A stretch of DNA of 64,000 bases from Felis catus (GCF_018350175.1 NC_058377.1:114762001-114826000); one strand, 5' to 3'; shown: positions 24,072 to 41,885, counted from the first letter of the stretch. Notes: generated from the sequence alone by a model not told the origin. Numbers and translations: made by a program.

Positions 24072-24950
24072 GCTGCAACGCTTCAGCTCTAGGAGGAAGA
24101 CGAAGGAGAGGTCCAGGTAGAAGAACACGTACTTGCTGCCCTTGGGCGACGCGCAGCGCGCCGGGGCCGCCCTGGGGCCGGGGTTGGCGTGCAGGCCGAA
24201 GAAGGGGCCGCCGTCCCCGCCGTGCCCGCACAGGCTGCTGTAGCGCCGGAAGGGGCCGCCGCGCGCGAAGCCCGGCTCCTTGCCCTCCGGCGACGGGCTG
24301 CGCCGGTAGGTGGACTCGTCCGTGCTCGAGCGGCGCATGGCGCCAGGGCCGCCGCCGGGCTCAGCGCCCCGCGCCCCCCGCCCCGGCCCCCCGCCCCGGC
24401 AGCCGGGCGCGCAGCTCCTCTCCGCCCCGGCGGCGGCCCCGGACACCTGCCCGGTCCGCGCGCCGCAGCCCCGGCCCCCGCCCCGCGCCCCGCGCCCCGC
24501 CAATCCCCGCCGGCCCCGCCCCCCCGAGGACCCCTCCCCTCCCCGCCGGCCCGCCTCGCCCGCGCCCCCCTCCCCCCCTCGCCGCCCCGCCCCGCGGACC
24601 CCTCCCCTCGCTCCCCTCCGCCCCCCTCCAGGCCGCCCCGCCCCGCCAATCCTACTGCTCCGCGGGCGCCCGCCAATCGCATTCCCGGGGCGACGACCCC
24701 GCCCCGCCCCCGGCCCCGGCCGCTCCGCCCGCGCCGGCGCCCCTGGCTCTCCGGGTCCCCGGGCTCGGGAGGAAGATGCTCTCGTAGGGCAGGGGCAGCC
24801 TTGGAGGGGGCCGAAGGCCACGGCCCAGGCAGCGCTCAGCCCCGGGAACGAGGCCCCCAGCCTTCCGCCGCGACCGCTCTGCTCCTCCCCTCCCCCCCCC
24901 CCCACGCCGGGCCTGGAGACCCCCCCCGACCGCGCTCGAGATACCACAGC
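23600..24950. promoter_or_regulatory. Intragenic CpG island, probable alternative TSPAN4 promoter
   Basis: Very high CpG density, many GC boxes, and CCAAT at 24500-24504, 24646-24650 and 24673-24677, just upstream of the first coding exon. Confidence 0.8.
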
Positions 24951-27751
24951 GCTATGCAAATGAAGGGATGGCCCAGTTGCTTTCTGGTGGTGACCTGGGG
25001 CGGCTTCGACTTTGATTCCTTTGATTCCCACAGCGAGAGAGCGCCTTACAATGTAGCCTCGAGCACGCCCTGGGGTGCGCTTTCTCCAAGCAGCATCCCT
25101 CACCTCCAGCCCGGGCTGGTGACGGCCGCGCGGGGACCCCAAGACCCGGGCGGCTCACAGCCTGGATGGGGAGAGGCGTCTGTGGGCACCGGAATCAGCC
25201 TGGGGTACCTAACCTGGGCGGGGGGGGGGGGGGGGAGGGAGGGAATCTTGCTGGGGCAGGAGGCAGGACTGCAGCTTAAAGGACGAGCCCCTCAGAGGGG
25301 CTGGGACGAGGGAGGGCAAGTGGGGAGGGTGCCCAGGAGGGCAGGTTACTCGGCCAGACCCGTGGGGAGGCTTTCAGACTTACAGAGAGGGGCGGGAACA
25401 CACAGAGGGTGTGGGTGATCACCGGGCACCTGAAAACAGGCGCGGATCCCCACTCCCGCGGCCCTTTGCTCCTTCAACTCAGCCAGGGTGTGCTGGCAGG
25501 GCTGCTGAGGGCAGACCCCCTGCCCTGGCCCTTGGCTTTCCTGCCGTAGGTCACACGCAGCCACATAGAGCCCCTCACTGCTTTGATGCCCTGGCGCCAC
25601 TGTCTTGGCATTACTGGTCATTTTTGAAGGGGCCTCACAGCTCATCGTGCACCAGCCTGGCCTGGAAGTCAGACCCTGCACCTCCCGGACACATCCACAC
25701 TCGCACGCAGACGTGGGCCCGAGCCAAGCTCACAGATTCCCTGGGTGACTTACATACACACGCTGGAACGTGCACTAGTGCCCCTTGCACTGCTGGTGTG
25801 CACACTAGCCTGTCACTCTGGATGTGCCACGTGCTCGTGTACAGACACGCGTACCAGGAACTGTCTACAGGTGCATACACACGCCCCCAATGGCAGATGG
25901 GGACAGTTGTCCCCCCCAGCTGCACCCCCACAGCTCACCCCACTGGTGGGGGCAGCATGGTCTCTGGGGCCCCCTGGTGTTTGGGGGGGGACGCATCAGC
26001 ATGTAAGCCCGATGCCTCCTCCCTATCTGACCCTGGGCCTGCACCCCAGAGGCCAAAGGAGAGCTGAGCCCCCTCCTCTCAAGGCTCTGGGCCTGGGGGA
26101 TGTGGGTCCTACACCTTGGGCTCAGGACTGCAGTCAAGGCCTACCAGGTCGCCATGGGAGTCCACTGGCAGTGTCCCCCCAACGGGACGGTCCCAGACTC
26201 TGAAGTCCAAAGAGGGAAGGGCTGGCTCAAGGTCCCTGAGAGTCAAGTAGCAGAGGGGAGAGAGAGGAGGGGGTGGGAGAGACAGGGGAAGGAGGAGGAG
26301 TCAGGAGAGAAGGGAAGGGGAAAGTAGGAGCAAGGGTGCAGGGGAGGGGGGTGGGGAGTGACACTGACAAGGTGACAAATTAGAGACTGAGTGGTGCGGG
26401 AGACAGCGGGTCTGGGGGGCTGTGCAGCAGCCAGAGCAGGACTGTCTGGAGGGCTGCAGGCTGAGTGCCCTCTGGCAGCCCTGCTGGGCCCTGAGGCCCC
26501 CAAGCATGAACCCTCTGCTGCCCCCTGACGACTCTTCCGAGAACCGCAGCTCTGCCCCCAGAGCAGAGCTGGCGCTGGCAGGGAGTGGGGACAGGACAGT
26601 CCCAGAGTCTCTGCCTGTCTCACGCTGCTGGCCCACCCAGGGTTTCCCATGGCCCCTCTACCCTTTTCTTTTCCCAGAGTTCTTTGGCACGTCTGGGCCC
26701 CACGAAAGGGACACAGCAGTGACGTGCCAGGGTCCCAGTGGAGAAGCAGGTGGTGGAGGGCCCCAGGCCCTACAGAAACCAGGGAACAAGTGGCAGCCGA
26801 TGAGCCTGGAGACCCCCGTGCCCCCTTGGCCCACGTCAGCCAGCTCCACAGCCCAGGCCGAGGGTGGGCACTCAGGGAGGCCCACGTGTGAGACTGGGTG
26901 TTCAGAGTGCACTTGTGGGTGCAGGTGGGCCAAGGGAGGACCCGGGCGTGACTCCACCTCACGCCACATGCCCCACACAGATACCACCTCCCCCCACCCA
27001 TGCATCACCCATGCACGCCACGGCCAGACAACTCAGGGAAGCAAGTCAGACCTCCAGGGGCCGAAATAAATCTGCTGCCAGCTTGTCAGCTTTGTCCCCA
27101 AGGAGGCTGGGGCCGGAGATGTGTGGGGACAGGGCCTGAGGGCCGGAGCCTTCCTTCAGCCTGGCTCCCTGGGCCAGGCTTCCAAGGATGCGGAAGTGGC
27201 CTTGGCCATAGCTGGGGGGGGGGGGGACTCCCCATGGAGCCCTGGGCTCCCCTCTCTACCACCTCCCCATCACGCTGGAGCAGGGCAGGGCAGGGGGCAG
27301 ATGGGGGACAGCCTGGGTTCCCCCACTGGGCCCCAGCACCCAGCTCTATCTCACTATCTCACTCAGCTGTCACAGTCCCAACGTCCCCCACAACATCCCA
27401 TCTACAAAACCCTACACCCACTCCCCTCCAAGTGACGAGAGTCCGTCTGAAACGACATTGGAAAACTCAGCCAAGGGTCTTGGGGCCAGTTGGAATGAGG
27501 ACACGCATGCATCAGGGCTGAAGCCAGGTAGGGGGGACCCTGTCCCCGAAGTCCAGCCTCTCCCCAATAGGAGTCCCCTTCCTCCAGCAGGTGGGGCCCC
27601 AATGAGACACATTCAGGAGACGGCATCTGGCTGGCTCAGACTCTAAGGACCCGGAGAGCATCCTGCTGGCCAGGCCCCCGGGCCAGGAGTGGGTGAAACC
27701 ACGAGGCAGCCCAGGGCCGCACCCCTACTGCTCGGCCGGGCTGTGACATAC

Positions 27752-27794
27752 CTGAGCTTGCCACAGAGAAGAAGCCGGGTGGTGCTTGATTCTC
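27752..27794 (-). other. TSPAN4: Candidate 43-nt non-coding 5'UTR exon of TSPAN4
   Basis: ctttcAG|GAGAATC...GCTCAG|GTATGT: strong acceptor and donor between the POLR2L-shared promoter and the first coding exon. Inference from splice signals only. Confidence 0.5.
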
Positions 27795-30700
27795 CTGAAA
27801 GCGAGCCGGCAGGTCGGCCAGCGGTCAATACAGCCAAGGCGGGCGGGAGCCCTGTGGAAAGAAAGGTGGGCACGATGGAGGCCACACCGCGCCCTCCGTG
27901 GGGGCTCCCCGAGACTGGACAGGCTCCTGGGGGGTTAAGAGCAACCCTCCACTCAGGACCAGGTCCCTGCAGGGGCAGGCGAGAGCAGCTAGGGGGCGGG
28001 GGCGCACTGCCAGACTCAGGGGACCAGCCGGGGGTGGGTGTCAAATAGGGCTTTGCTCCCGACCTTGGGTCGCTCGTCCTGAGACGCAGGCTTGCACACA
28101 CACACAGCACGTGCGGGGGCCACGCACACGGAGAACACACGTGTTCAGAAGCAGGAACTCAAGCACAACACGGGCCACGTCGTGCTGTCCCACCCCCTTG
28201 AGGTCAGCCTTCGGGGTCCGCTTCCCCCGAGACGCTCTGCACCCCGCCCGTTTCTTCCCTGAGCCACCAGCCTCACTCTCTCCCCACAGAGCCAGCTGGG
28301 GGTGACTCACCAGGCCCGCTCATCTGCCATCGGCACTCACGGGAGGGTCCTGTCCTCCCCCACCAGCCAGGGTTTTGAGAAGGAGACTCCAAGGTCACAT
28401 GGGGTGGGGAGGGGTGGTTCTGAGGGCATCCCAGCCAGGCCCCCCAATTCTCCCCCCTCAGACCAGGTGCTCCTTGCAGCCTGGGGGTGGGGCAGGTGGT
28501 CCTCTCGGCAGCCCAAGGGGGGACGGCACCATGGCGGCCACCCACTCCCTCACGCCCATCCTCCGTGGGCCACCCACTGCCCGCCAGTCCACCAGACCTG
28601 TGCCCGGGGCCGACGAGCAGACCAATTCCCAGCCCCTCAGCAGTCCCCGTGCCCAGGAATGAAGCGTCTACAGAGGGGTTTCAGGCCCGGTGAAGCAGCA
28701 AGGGCGATGGGGGGGGGGGGGCACACCTCATCCACTTTCCTTGATGAGCCCCCCCCACCCAGGGGCTGTGGGGCCCAAAGCCCACAGCAACATTCTAGAA
28801 GCTAAAACCCATGTATCATACCCTACCATGCCCCCACCCCAAGACCTGGGAACCGGGAGGGGCAGGGGGGCGCGTACAGAAGGGCCTCCTGGGCAGGGCC
28901 TAAAGGGCAGATCCACCAGCGCCCCCCCAACCCTCCTGGGGCCCCTACGTGAGGAAGTCCCACGGCCAACACAAAGCTGAGGCTGGATGAGACCACTGCG
29001 CAGCCACACTTCCAGCCCTCGCCCCCAAGGCAGCCCGGGACCCTCCATGAATGACCTCTAGCCCTTCTGGCCCCCACAGTGTCCTCCATGAGTCCAGAGC
29101 CCCCCGCTCCCACCTAGGGCAGCCTAGACAGAACCCTGTGGTTGGGGCAGGGCACAGGGGTTGAACAGGACCAGGACCGGAGCTGTCTCCGTCTCTCTGC
29201 AGGCCCAGCCTCCTCCTCCAGGAAGCCTCCCTCCCCATTCCCTGCTCTGGGCTTCCTTTGCATGCAGGGTCTGCACGCCCACATCCCCCAGAGCGGAACC
29301 CGCAGCAGGGACAGGGCGGAGGGAGAGCCCCAAGACAAACACACCGGTGATCCTGGGCTGGGTCTTCTCGACTCTGCAGGCAAGTGAGGGACCCCAAGGG
29401 AACCTAAGCCATGAGAAGGCCGTGGGCACCTACCTGGCCAGACCAAAGTCGCACTCAAAGAGGAACGAGCCCGAAAGCCGAAACAGAGATGGGGGGTGGG
29501 GGGTGGGGGGTGGGGAGGACCAGTAGCGTGGCCCACCCTGAGCCCCAGAAGCTGAGAGGCAGCAGGGGCCTGGCCGGGCAGCAGAGACCCAGCAGAGGCA
29601 GATCGGCGGGGAGAGCAGAGCCGAGGCCTGCCCGGGGCCCCCCGGCCGAGCAGGCTCGGAGGCAGCTTGGAGGAGCCCGGAGGCCAACACAAACAGTCCT
29701 GTGCTGGCAGCCTTCCAGCTGCTGACCCAGCCCGGCAGGCCCGACGCCCACCCGGGCCCCCACCCTGCACACCCTCCCCACACGGAGCCCAGGCAAGGCC
29801 ACCCCCCCAACCCCCCAACCGCAGCCGCCTCCGGGGCTCGGAGACACCCGCTCCGGGGGAGGGGTCCCTGTGAAGAGGCCACCAAGGGGCCTCCAGGCTC
29901 TCCTGGGCCCAGCAAGGCCAACCCCAACCTCAGGTCTTCCCCCCACACCTCTGCTCCTCTCCCCCTCCCCCTGACCCTCAGGTCTGCTGGAGGTGGTGGT
30001 GGAGGGGACACAATTAGGACCCAGGGCGGGGGGCACCTTTCCACCTCCCACAGGCGCTGGGGGCCTCCTGCCTCTGGTAACCAAGTGTGTGCCCACCCCT
30101 GCTCCCAGCCACCAAGACCCAGACGGAGCAGGACCCTCGGGGAGCCCCAGTCGGGCCCAGGCAGCCCAGCTGGCAGACAGGCTCATCCAGAGGGGGCGGT
30201 CGTCAGCTTAAGGCCAATCCAGCCTCAAGCACACCTGCAAATGGCACCACTCACGACCCCTGCGACCCCAGGGCCAAGGGCTAGTGTGGGTACAGCAGGC
30301 AAGCGACCAGCCTGGCCCTGGGGAGGCATCGGAGCATGTATGTTCACGGACCCCACCCCGCCCTGCGCACCCCTGTATGAGCACACATCCACCCAAACAA
30401 GAGGGGCCAGGGGCCAGGCCTGCAAGGTCAGGATTTTGACCCTCCAGCTGGGCAGCTTCTGGTTCCACCCACTTTACAGATGGAGAAACTGATTTCAGGA
30501 CCAGCTGACTCCCAGGCCAAGCTGGCCCTGCGGCTGGCCTGTTGACAGGGCAATGCTCCGGGCCAGAGCCTCTCAGCAGCAAAAACTTCAGCCGCTGATC
30601 TCTCCTTGTCCCCTGCGTGCCCTGCAGTGACCCTCTTCTAGCAGGAAATGTGGCTCACGGGTTCCCAACCACATGTGAGCACAGCCCTCCCTTCCTCCCT

Positions 30701-32349
30701 CCCTATGCCTCCCACCACTGGGGATAGGATGCCCCATTCTCAAGAAATTGGTCCTCTCTCTGGCCGGAGGCCTGGGCCACATCTGTGCTGACACTGCACA
30801 CCGAGAGGAGAAGCGAGGTCCCCCCACCTCCCACCAGCGCCCTAGGCCCCCATGGCTCCCTCCTGCCCTCTCTGAAGAGAGCCTGGCCCATGGCACACAC
30901 ACACAGAGGAACGTGGTCACCCACGACAGAGGCAGGGGACAGGGGGCAGGGCTGACCTCTGAGGCTCCCCAGTGTCCCCTGGTCAGGGCTGAGCCAAGGC
31001 AGAGTAGAGACAGACGACAGGATCAAACGCCCGAAGGGGCCTCTGTGAACACCTATGTTGAGGGCACACAGGCTAAGGTGGGGCAGCCATGATGCTCCCC
31101 GTGGCCTCTCCTCTCCTCGGAAGTCAGAGAGCTGGAGGGAGGAGCCCGGGAAGAGGAGGCCACCACCGCCCCCAAAACTACACACAGCTCTCAGAATTCC
31201 AGGAATGTCAACTTGGCTCCAGCCAGGATCAGGGCGGGAGGCTCATTCCCCTCACTCTTTCAGAGTAAACAACTGATCCGGGTAGGAGCATGGGTGGGGC
31301 AGGCCCTGGGCTCCTCCTCCAGGAAGCCTTCCACCCCCACCAGCTCCCCAAGGTCCACCCAGTTGAAGCCTGGATCCCCTCCCCTGTGTCCCTCACCTCC
31401 ACAGTTGCCAGCAGCCTCTGCAGCTGAGCCTGGGTCTGCCCCCAGGCCACTGTGACTCAAGGTCCCCAATCCTGCCCCTCTGTCCAGGGACAGGATGTGC
31501 GTCCAGTAGCGGGGGGGGGGGGCAGCTGGGAAGGGAAGTGGCCTCACTCGTGGCTCCGCACGTGGCCGCGTGCGGGATGACAAATGCACTGGGCAGAATA
31601 TCCAGGACCCAGGCAAAGGTGGGGGCACAGACGCCAGGCAGGCAGCAGCTCTGGCCAGCCCCACCCAGGCCTCAGGGGACCCTGCGTCTCCCTGCCCCTC
31701 AGCTAAGACCAGAATCCATCATCCACCCGTGAGAGGACAGTTAACTGATGCCCAGGACTCAGCACAGGCCCTACTCACCCCTACCGGAGATCCAGAGGCC
31801 CCAGGCCAGGGACCCTGACAAGCCCCTCCCCATACACACACATACCTACGTCACAGGTGCCATTCTGTAACACATCCATCCCCCACAGCCCAAAAGTTTA
31901 CCTCCTCCAGGGAGCCTTCCCTGCCTCTCACCGTACACTGCTCTTCCCCATCTCCCACACCAAGATCAAGGAGCTCACGTCACCCACCCCATTTCCAGAG
32001 ACACAGCTAGACCTTCCTCTAAATCCTCTGTGGCTCCTGCCCCTTCACCCCTAGCTCCACCTCTGGCCCTAGCACAAACCTGTGGCCTTGAGCTGTCGCG
32101 CAGGTATAGCCTCCAGGCCTCCGTCCAAGGGTTCCCTTTGCCAGGATCAGTCCACTCCCTTACACACACTCAGGCTCACCCCCGTGAAATCTTCGAGTTC
32201 AGCTCAAAAGGCACCTCTTCCACGACGCCCTCCCAGACCACCCACCCTTCTCCAGCCTCCCCCCTCTCCCGAGTCCTCAGAGGCCCGACGTCCCCAGATC
32301 AGAGGCTACCCAGCACTGCCTGGCCCAAGTTGGGTGCAGACCCATTCCG

Positions 32350-34595
<2,246 letters not shown>

Positions 34596-35989
34596 GGGCG
34601 CTGGAGCCCACCCGCCCGCTGTGCTCACCAGGGGCCGGCAGAGTCTTGCCCAGAGTTCCTCCCTGTGAGGTGTGGATAGCCTGGAGCATGCCCGTGCATT
34701 GCCTGCGGGTGTGTGTCTTCCAGTCTGGAAGGAACCGTCCAGTAAAGGTCTTTGCAGAACAACAAGAAGGTCCTAACGGTTGGCCTGGTTCTGTGGGACT
34801 CCCTTGTCTCATGCCTGAAGCTGCTTAGGGCTGGACATGGCCCTCACTGCCCAGGGGGAGGAAGAGCCATTCAGATGACAGCCATTCAGCCTGGGGGTGG
34901 GGGGTTCCTGGAGTGCGGGCTCTCACAGCCCAACAAAGTCACAGACGGCCAACAGCACTTGGGTTAGGGGGCCAGGGGACACTGGCATCCCCGCCCCCAT
35001 GTTCTGGGTGCTCCTTAGACCTAGCACAGAAATTCCCCCAAACCCCTCCCAGGATCTCAACAACCAGATTTCCTGGGCCCTGAATAGAGTGCCTGCTGTG
35101 TCTCAGTTGCCCATCCAGAGGGTCTTGCTGCCAGAAGCTTCTAGGCACCAGCCAAGCCCAGCAGGCTCCTTCCCTTGGCCATGTTCCTGCAGGGGGAGGG
35201 CCCAGCCTCCACTGCCACCCTTGAGACCCTCACAGCAGCTTTAGGGTGGGCCTAGGAGGCTCTGCTGGGTGTCAGAGCCGGTCAAGCTCCCAGGGCCCTG
35301 GGCACTAGCATTTAATCCTGTGGCCCCACCGAACAGCTGTCTTCCGGGGACTTCCGTCCTGTTCCAGCTCAGGCTGAGGCTTCGAGCCCGCAGCCATCAC
35401 CCTGGACGGGAGTCGGCAAACCCTGGTGCCCTCCGGCAGGCGGAAGGCAGGAGCCTATGGTTAAGAGAAACAGAGGCAACTTTCTCTGGCACCTTCTTCA
35501 GGGCCAGCCCCACTGCCCAGATGTCTGACATGGGGTCCTCTGAGAACCAGTAAACACACCTGTGGCAGGAAGGTAGGGTCTGCCCAGGGGAGACGGCCTA
35601 AGCCTTGGCTTCTGTTGCCAGTTCACGTCCTGCCAAAGCTCAGGCCTCCTTCCTCATTCCTGAGCCCACACCCCCTTTCCTAATCCCTACGTGAGCCAGA
35701 AGGGGGTTTAGAAACCAGCGTTCGAGGCCTCTGTTGCCTCTATGAGGCTCTGGCCACACCACCGTTCTTCCGTCCCAGAACCGGCAAGGCTCTGCAAGCA
35801 GCCTGTGCTCAGCTGTCTGCCATTGGCCTCTCGGCCCTGGAGTCCCATCAGTCCTTGGCTCCCACGTGGCTGCCTGGGACCACCAGGATGCGCCCTCCTG
35901 GCCCCTTGTGGGACTGGGTTCTGTCCCCCTTGTTGGAGAGAAGGCCCTGAGGACCAGAACCAGGTCTGTCGCTCACGGAGTAAGCCCAC

Positions 35990-36066
35990 TCAGTCCACAA
36001 ACTTTTATTGAGTGCCTGTCACATGGCAGCAGCAGTTCTAGGCATTTGTGATACAGCAGTGAGTGA
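35990..36066 (-). mobile_element. LINE-2 (L2) 3'-terminal fragment containing the CD151 poly(A) signal (AATAAA 36009-36004)
   Basis: Minus strand tcactgctgtatcacaaatgcctagaac...gccatgtgacaggcactcAATAAAagtttgtggactga resembles the L2 3'-end consensus as recalled (cactgctgtatcccca..gcctagaacagtgcctggcacatagtaggcgctcaataaatatttgttgaatga). Confidence 0.75.
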
Positions 36067-36796
36067 ACCCACAACCCCCTGCTTCTGCCAAGGGGAGGTG
36101 ATCGTGAACAAGTGAGCTTGTGGCCTTTCAGTGGGGGGAGTGGTGGGGAATCCAAGCAGGGGCTCGGGCAGCAGAGGCCTGACTGGGAGGGCAGATACAG
36201 GACCTGCAGGACAGGACCGGGCTCGCTTGGCTTTCCTGAGCGGGGCTGGGGGGTGGGAGGGGTGGCGGTAGGCAACCCAGCGGCAGGTGCATCTGGGACT
36301 CTTTGCCTGCGGCTGTCCCCACCCGGCAATGCCCTGACCACCATGCAGAGGTGTGCCCAGGGGTCTAGGAGCACCCTAGGGGGGCCAGCCCCTTTCTGCC
36401 CAGTTCACCCCAAACCAGCCCCTCTGGCGGAGCACAGGCATGGGGGGTGGCCCCCCCTCCCAGGGCCCCAGCCCCACAGGAGAAGCAGAGAGGGACTTGA
36501 CTGTCAGAACCCAGTGTCCCCACTCCGGGCAGAGTATTCCTCCCTCCCCGCAGCTGGAGGGCCCCGCCTCAGTCCTCTGGTCTGGAGAGAAAGGCACTTG
36601 AAGCTCCCTCTGAGGGAGGGGGTCCCCAGAGGTCACGGTGGCAGCACGGGGGTGCACACGTGAGAACGCCACCTCCCTGGCAGAGCGGGGAGAGGGTACG
36701 GAGCAGCGTCCTGGGACTCTGGCCCTGGGGCCGTCAGTAGTGTCAGCTCAGTAGTCAGGCGGCAAAGCTGCGGCACTCGCGGGGCGCCCGGCAGGG

Positions 36797-38765
<1,969 letters not shown>

Positions 38766-40049
38766 CCTGGGGCCGAGAGGCCAGGGGAGGTCAGTAGGAG
38801 GGGACACAGGCACCCAGGCCAGCCCCTGGCTGAAGCCAAGCCCACCACTGGCCCCGAGTGAAGGTCCTGGCAACGCATCCGTGAGAACCTGGACGCTTCC
38901 TGAGGGGCAGTTCGGGAGCCCCTCCCCACCCCTCACCCCCCACCGCAGCCAGGGCGGATGTCTAGTGCCCACAGCCAAGCTGAAGGCCGAAGGGCCTGGC
39001 TCCCCTGACCAGAGCCCAGGGCACCAGGGGGCCGTGAAGGATTCCAACCGTCACCGGCTGACTCACCCCTGCTGGCAGCCGGGGTCAGAAGCCCCAGCAG
39101 GTACCTCAGGGTGAGCTCATGCAGGCCCCACCCGCCTCCCCACACACACACACAGCATTCCCGGGGCTCCACATCACAGGCCGGCAGGCTGGCAGGCACC
39201 TACCGGCTGCTGGGGGGAGGAGGAGGCCACTCACAGATGGACGGACCTGCCCCTTACCAGCCCCATGGCCTCAGGGAAGCCCCTCAGGTGTCTGTTAAAA
39301 GCCAGGCCTGCCTTCCTCCCCACCAGGGTGAGAACAGGCGGTTCTGGGCATGCGGAGCCCGCAGAAACCCATCCCCCAGACCTGGGGGTACTTCCTCTGC
39401 TGGTCCTCTCTGCTGGAAAGGGGGCGGTCCCACCAGCCCCAGCAAGATGTGAAGCTACAGGAGCTCCCGAGTGGCACCCCAGGGACCCCTTCCCTGCTCT
39501 CCTGTGGGGTGTCCGCACTGGGGTGGGGGGAGAGGGCCCTGGGGCACAGATGGCAGCTGAGTGCCCCAGGCTACGTTTCCAGACTACACAGCACCACTCA
39601 GAGCCGAACTTTCACCTGCCCCACCCCGCGCTCACCTGGTTGGCTAGTGAGGACGGATCCTCTCTGAGACAGGTGGACGGAAGTTCCCTAGGAGGCACCA
39701 CTGGGAGGGCAGGGACAGGTCACCGGTCTGGCCCACGCTGGATCAGCAAGGGCCTGTCACCCGTCCTTGCAGCCGCCCCTGGCAGTGGCTCTGACCAGCT
39801 GGGTTTCCAGAGCAGGCAGGGAGGGGAGAGGCCAGGCCCGGTATTTTGGTCTGTGCTTGGGCGGGGCAGGGCGGAAAACATTTCTGCATAGTGTGATCCG
39901 GGGAGGGACCACCCGCCTTCTCCAAGCACCCCGCCCCGGGGCCTTCCTGCCAGACCCGCCACCGTCCCTTAGCCCACCAAGCAGCGGTTCCTTCGGCCTC
40001 GGAAGGGAAAAACAAAAAACCAGACGCAGACCCCTTGGTTGGAGCTGGG

Positions 40050-41060
40050 CTTACGGGGGCCTCACGTGCCCGCAGGCTGCTCCTGGGCCCGTGGTGAGGT
40101 CCCAGCCTTCTGAGGAGGCTGATTCTCCCGCACGCGCGGGCGGCGGGCGGAGGAGGGGCCCCTCTTTCCGGGAGTGCCTGGCGGATGTGAGCCCCCTGGG
40201 AAGGCGCCGGCCAGAAATAGTTCCCGCGGCCCGGGACCGAGCCGCCCCGCCCTGGCCCCTGCAACTCAGCCGGGCCCGCCGCGGCCCGCGGCCCGCGGCC
40301 CGCGGCCCACGCCCCAAGCAGGGCAGCCCCGCACTCGGCGCCAGCCAGGCCCGAGGAGGAGTCCCCGCCCGGGCGAGCCCGCGGCGCGCCCACCCGCACC
40401 CCGGCGGAGGGACGGGCACCGGTGTCCAGAGACAATGACTAGGATGCTCGGGTGGGGTCGTAGGGGCCGCCAGGCCTGTGCGAAGGCCCAGGAGGCGCCC
40501 GGCCCCGGGCGCCGACTCCGTCCCGCTCCGGAAAGGGCCGGGAGGGGACTGCTGCCGGCCGGCGGGACCAGGCCTCCCGGCGCCCGCAGCCGGGCCTCCG
40601 GGGCCGGGCCGCGCAGGGTCCCGGGACACTCGGCCCCTCCCGGCCCGCCCAGCCAGGCGGCGCACTCACCGGCCACGCGTCGGAGTCCGGGCGCGGGGGG
40701 GGTGGGGGCGGCTGCTCGGAACGCGGAGACTGCGCGGCGGGTCGCGGGCCCGGGAGTGAGACGCGCCCCGCCCCCGGCCTGCAGGCCCCGCCCCCGGCGG
40801 CAGACACAGGGCAGGTCTCGGCAGTGCTCCGAGAGGGCGGGCGGCGGGGACGCCCGCCGGTGCGGGCGCTGGGGTCCGCCCGCGACTGCGGAGGCGGGCG
40901 TGCTGCACCCGGGGGCGCCCGCAGCCCAGCCGGGGCTCACGCCCTCGGGAGGCCGAGGAGCTGGGCTGGGGGCGGTGGAGGCGGCGGCCAGGCCAGCAGG
41001 CCCTCCTCCAGGCCCAGGCCCGTTCTCTCCCCACAACGCAGGGCCACCCGGAGGCTTGCA
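40050..41060 (-). promoter_or_regulatory. CpG island, CD151 promoter and non-coding first exon (donor CCG|GTGAGT, exon ends 40670)
   Basis: CpG-dense, GC boxes at ~40765-40800, consensus donor. A second candidate UTR-exon donor GG|GTGAGT ends at 39067. Confidence 0.75.
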
Positions 41061-41885
41061 GGGCCGGCGGAACAGATGCTGGCTTGGTGGGGTAGGGTCT
41101 GGGGGTGCGGTCAGATGCAGGAGTGCGGTTGCTCTAGGTGCAGTATGGAGGACAGCCTGGAGTGGAGGCCTGGGGTCCCTGCCAGGAGCAGTCCAGTCTG
41201 GAAGGCATTGGTCCTGGGAGGGGTGGAAAGGGGTGGGGTAGACAGGGCCGAGCCTTCTGACCTGCTGGGTTGGGACACCCGCAGTGGGAGTAAGGAAGGC
41301 GAGGCGACTCCCAACCCACCAGGCTCATTCCCAGACCCAGGCAGGGTGGGTCAGATTCTGCAGTCATTCGGAAGCTCTCCATGGATAGTGGTCCCCAGCT
41401 CCTTGCCCATGGTTCACGGTCTGGCCAGCAGCTCCCCACTTCCAGGGAGGTGGCAGGGCGGGGTGGGGTGATGGGAGGGGGTGGAGGAGGGACGGGCATG
41501 GGAAGCGGCCGCAGGACTGCCCCAGGAGGTCCCACTCAGGACTGGCTCAACTCCAGTGGGCTGAGCTGGTCCACCTGGGGCTGTGTGAGGACGGGTATGG
41601 GGAGGGGATTGTCAACTGGGGCCGGGAGCGGGCCCAGACAATGGGCCTCGGTCCCCTGGTTCCCACAGAGGGCCCCACAGGGCTTCAGCTTGAATGGACA
41701 GTGAGGGCTTGAAGGCATGACCAGAGACAGGCAGGAACATCCACAACCCCAGCACCTCAGGACATGTGCCACACGTGTACTGTCCAGTTGCCTTGAGAGT
41801 ACCATGGATACCTCATGTGCGTACCAGGGAAATGCTGTGACGCACAGACACACAGGCTGAGAAGGTCACGGTGCAGTCAATGGAC

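Noticed and set aside
23463-25418. Long ORFs of 559 aa (-) and 409 aa (+) over the TSPAN4 CpG island
   Set aside because: Low-complexity G/P/R/A translations expected in extremely GC-rich, stop-poor DNA. Only the 24338-24009 part looks protein-like and is reported separately.
40174-41241. 355-aa + strand ORF and overlapping ORFs at the CD151 promoter
   Set aside because: CpG-island shadow ORFs with no recognisable domain.
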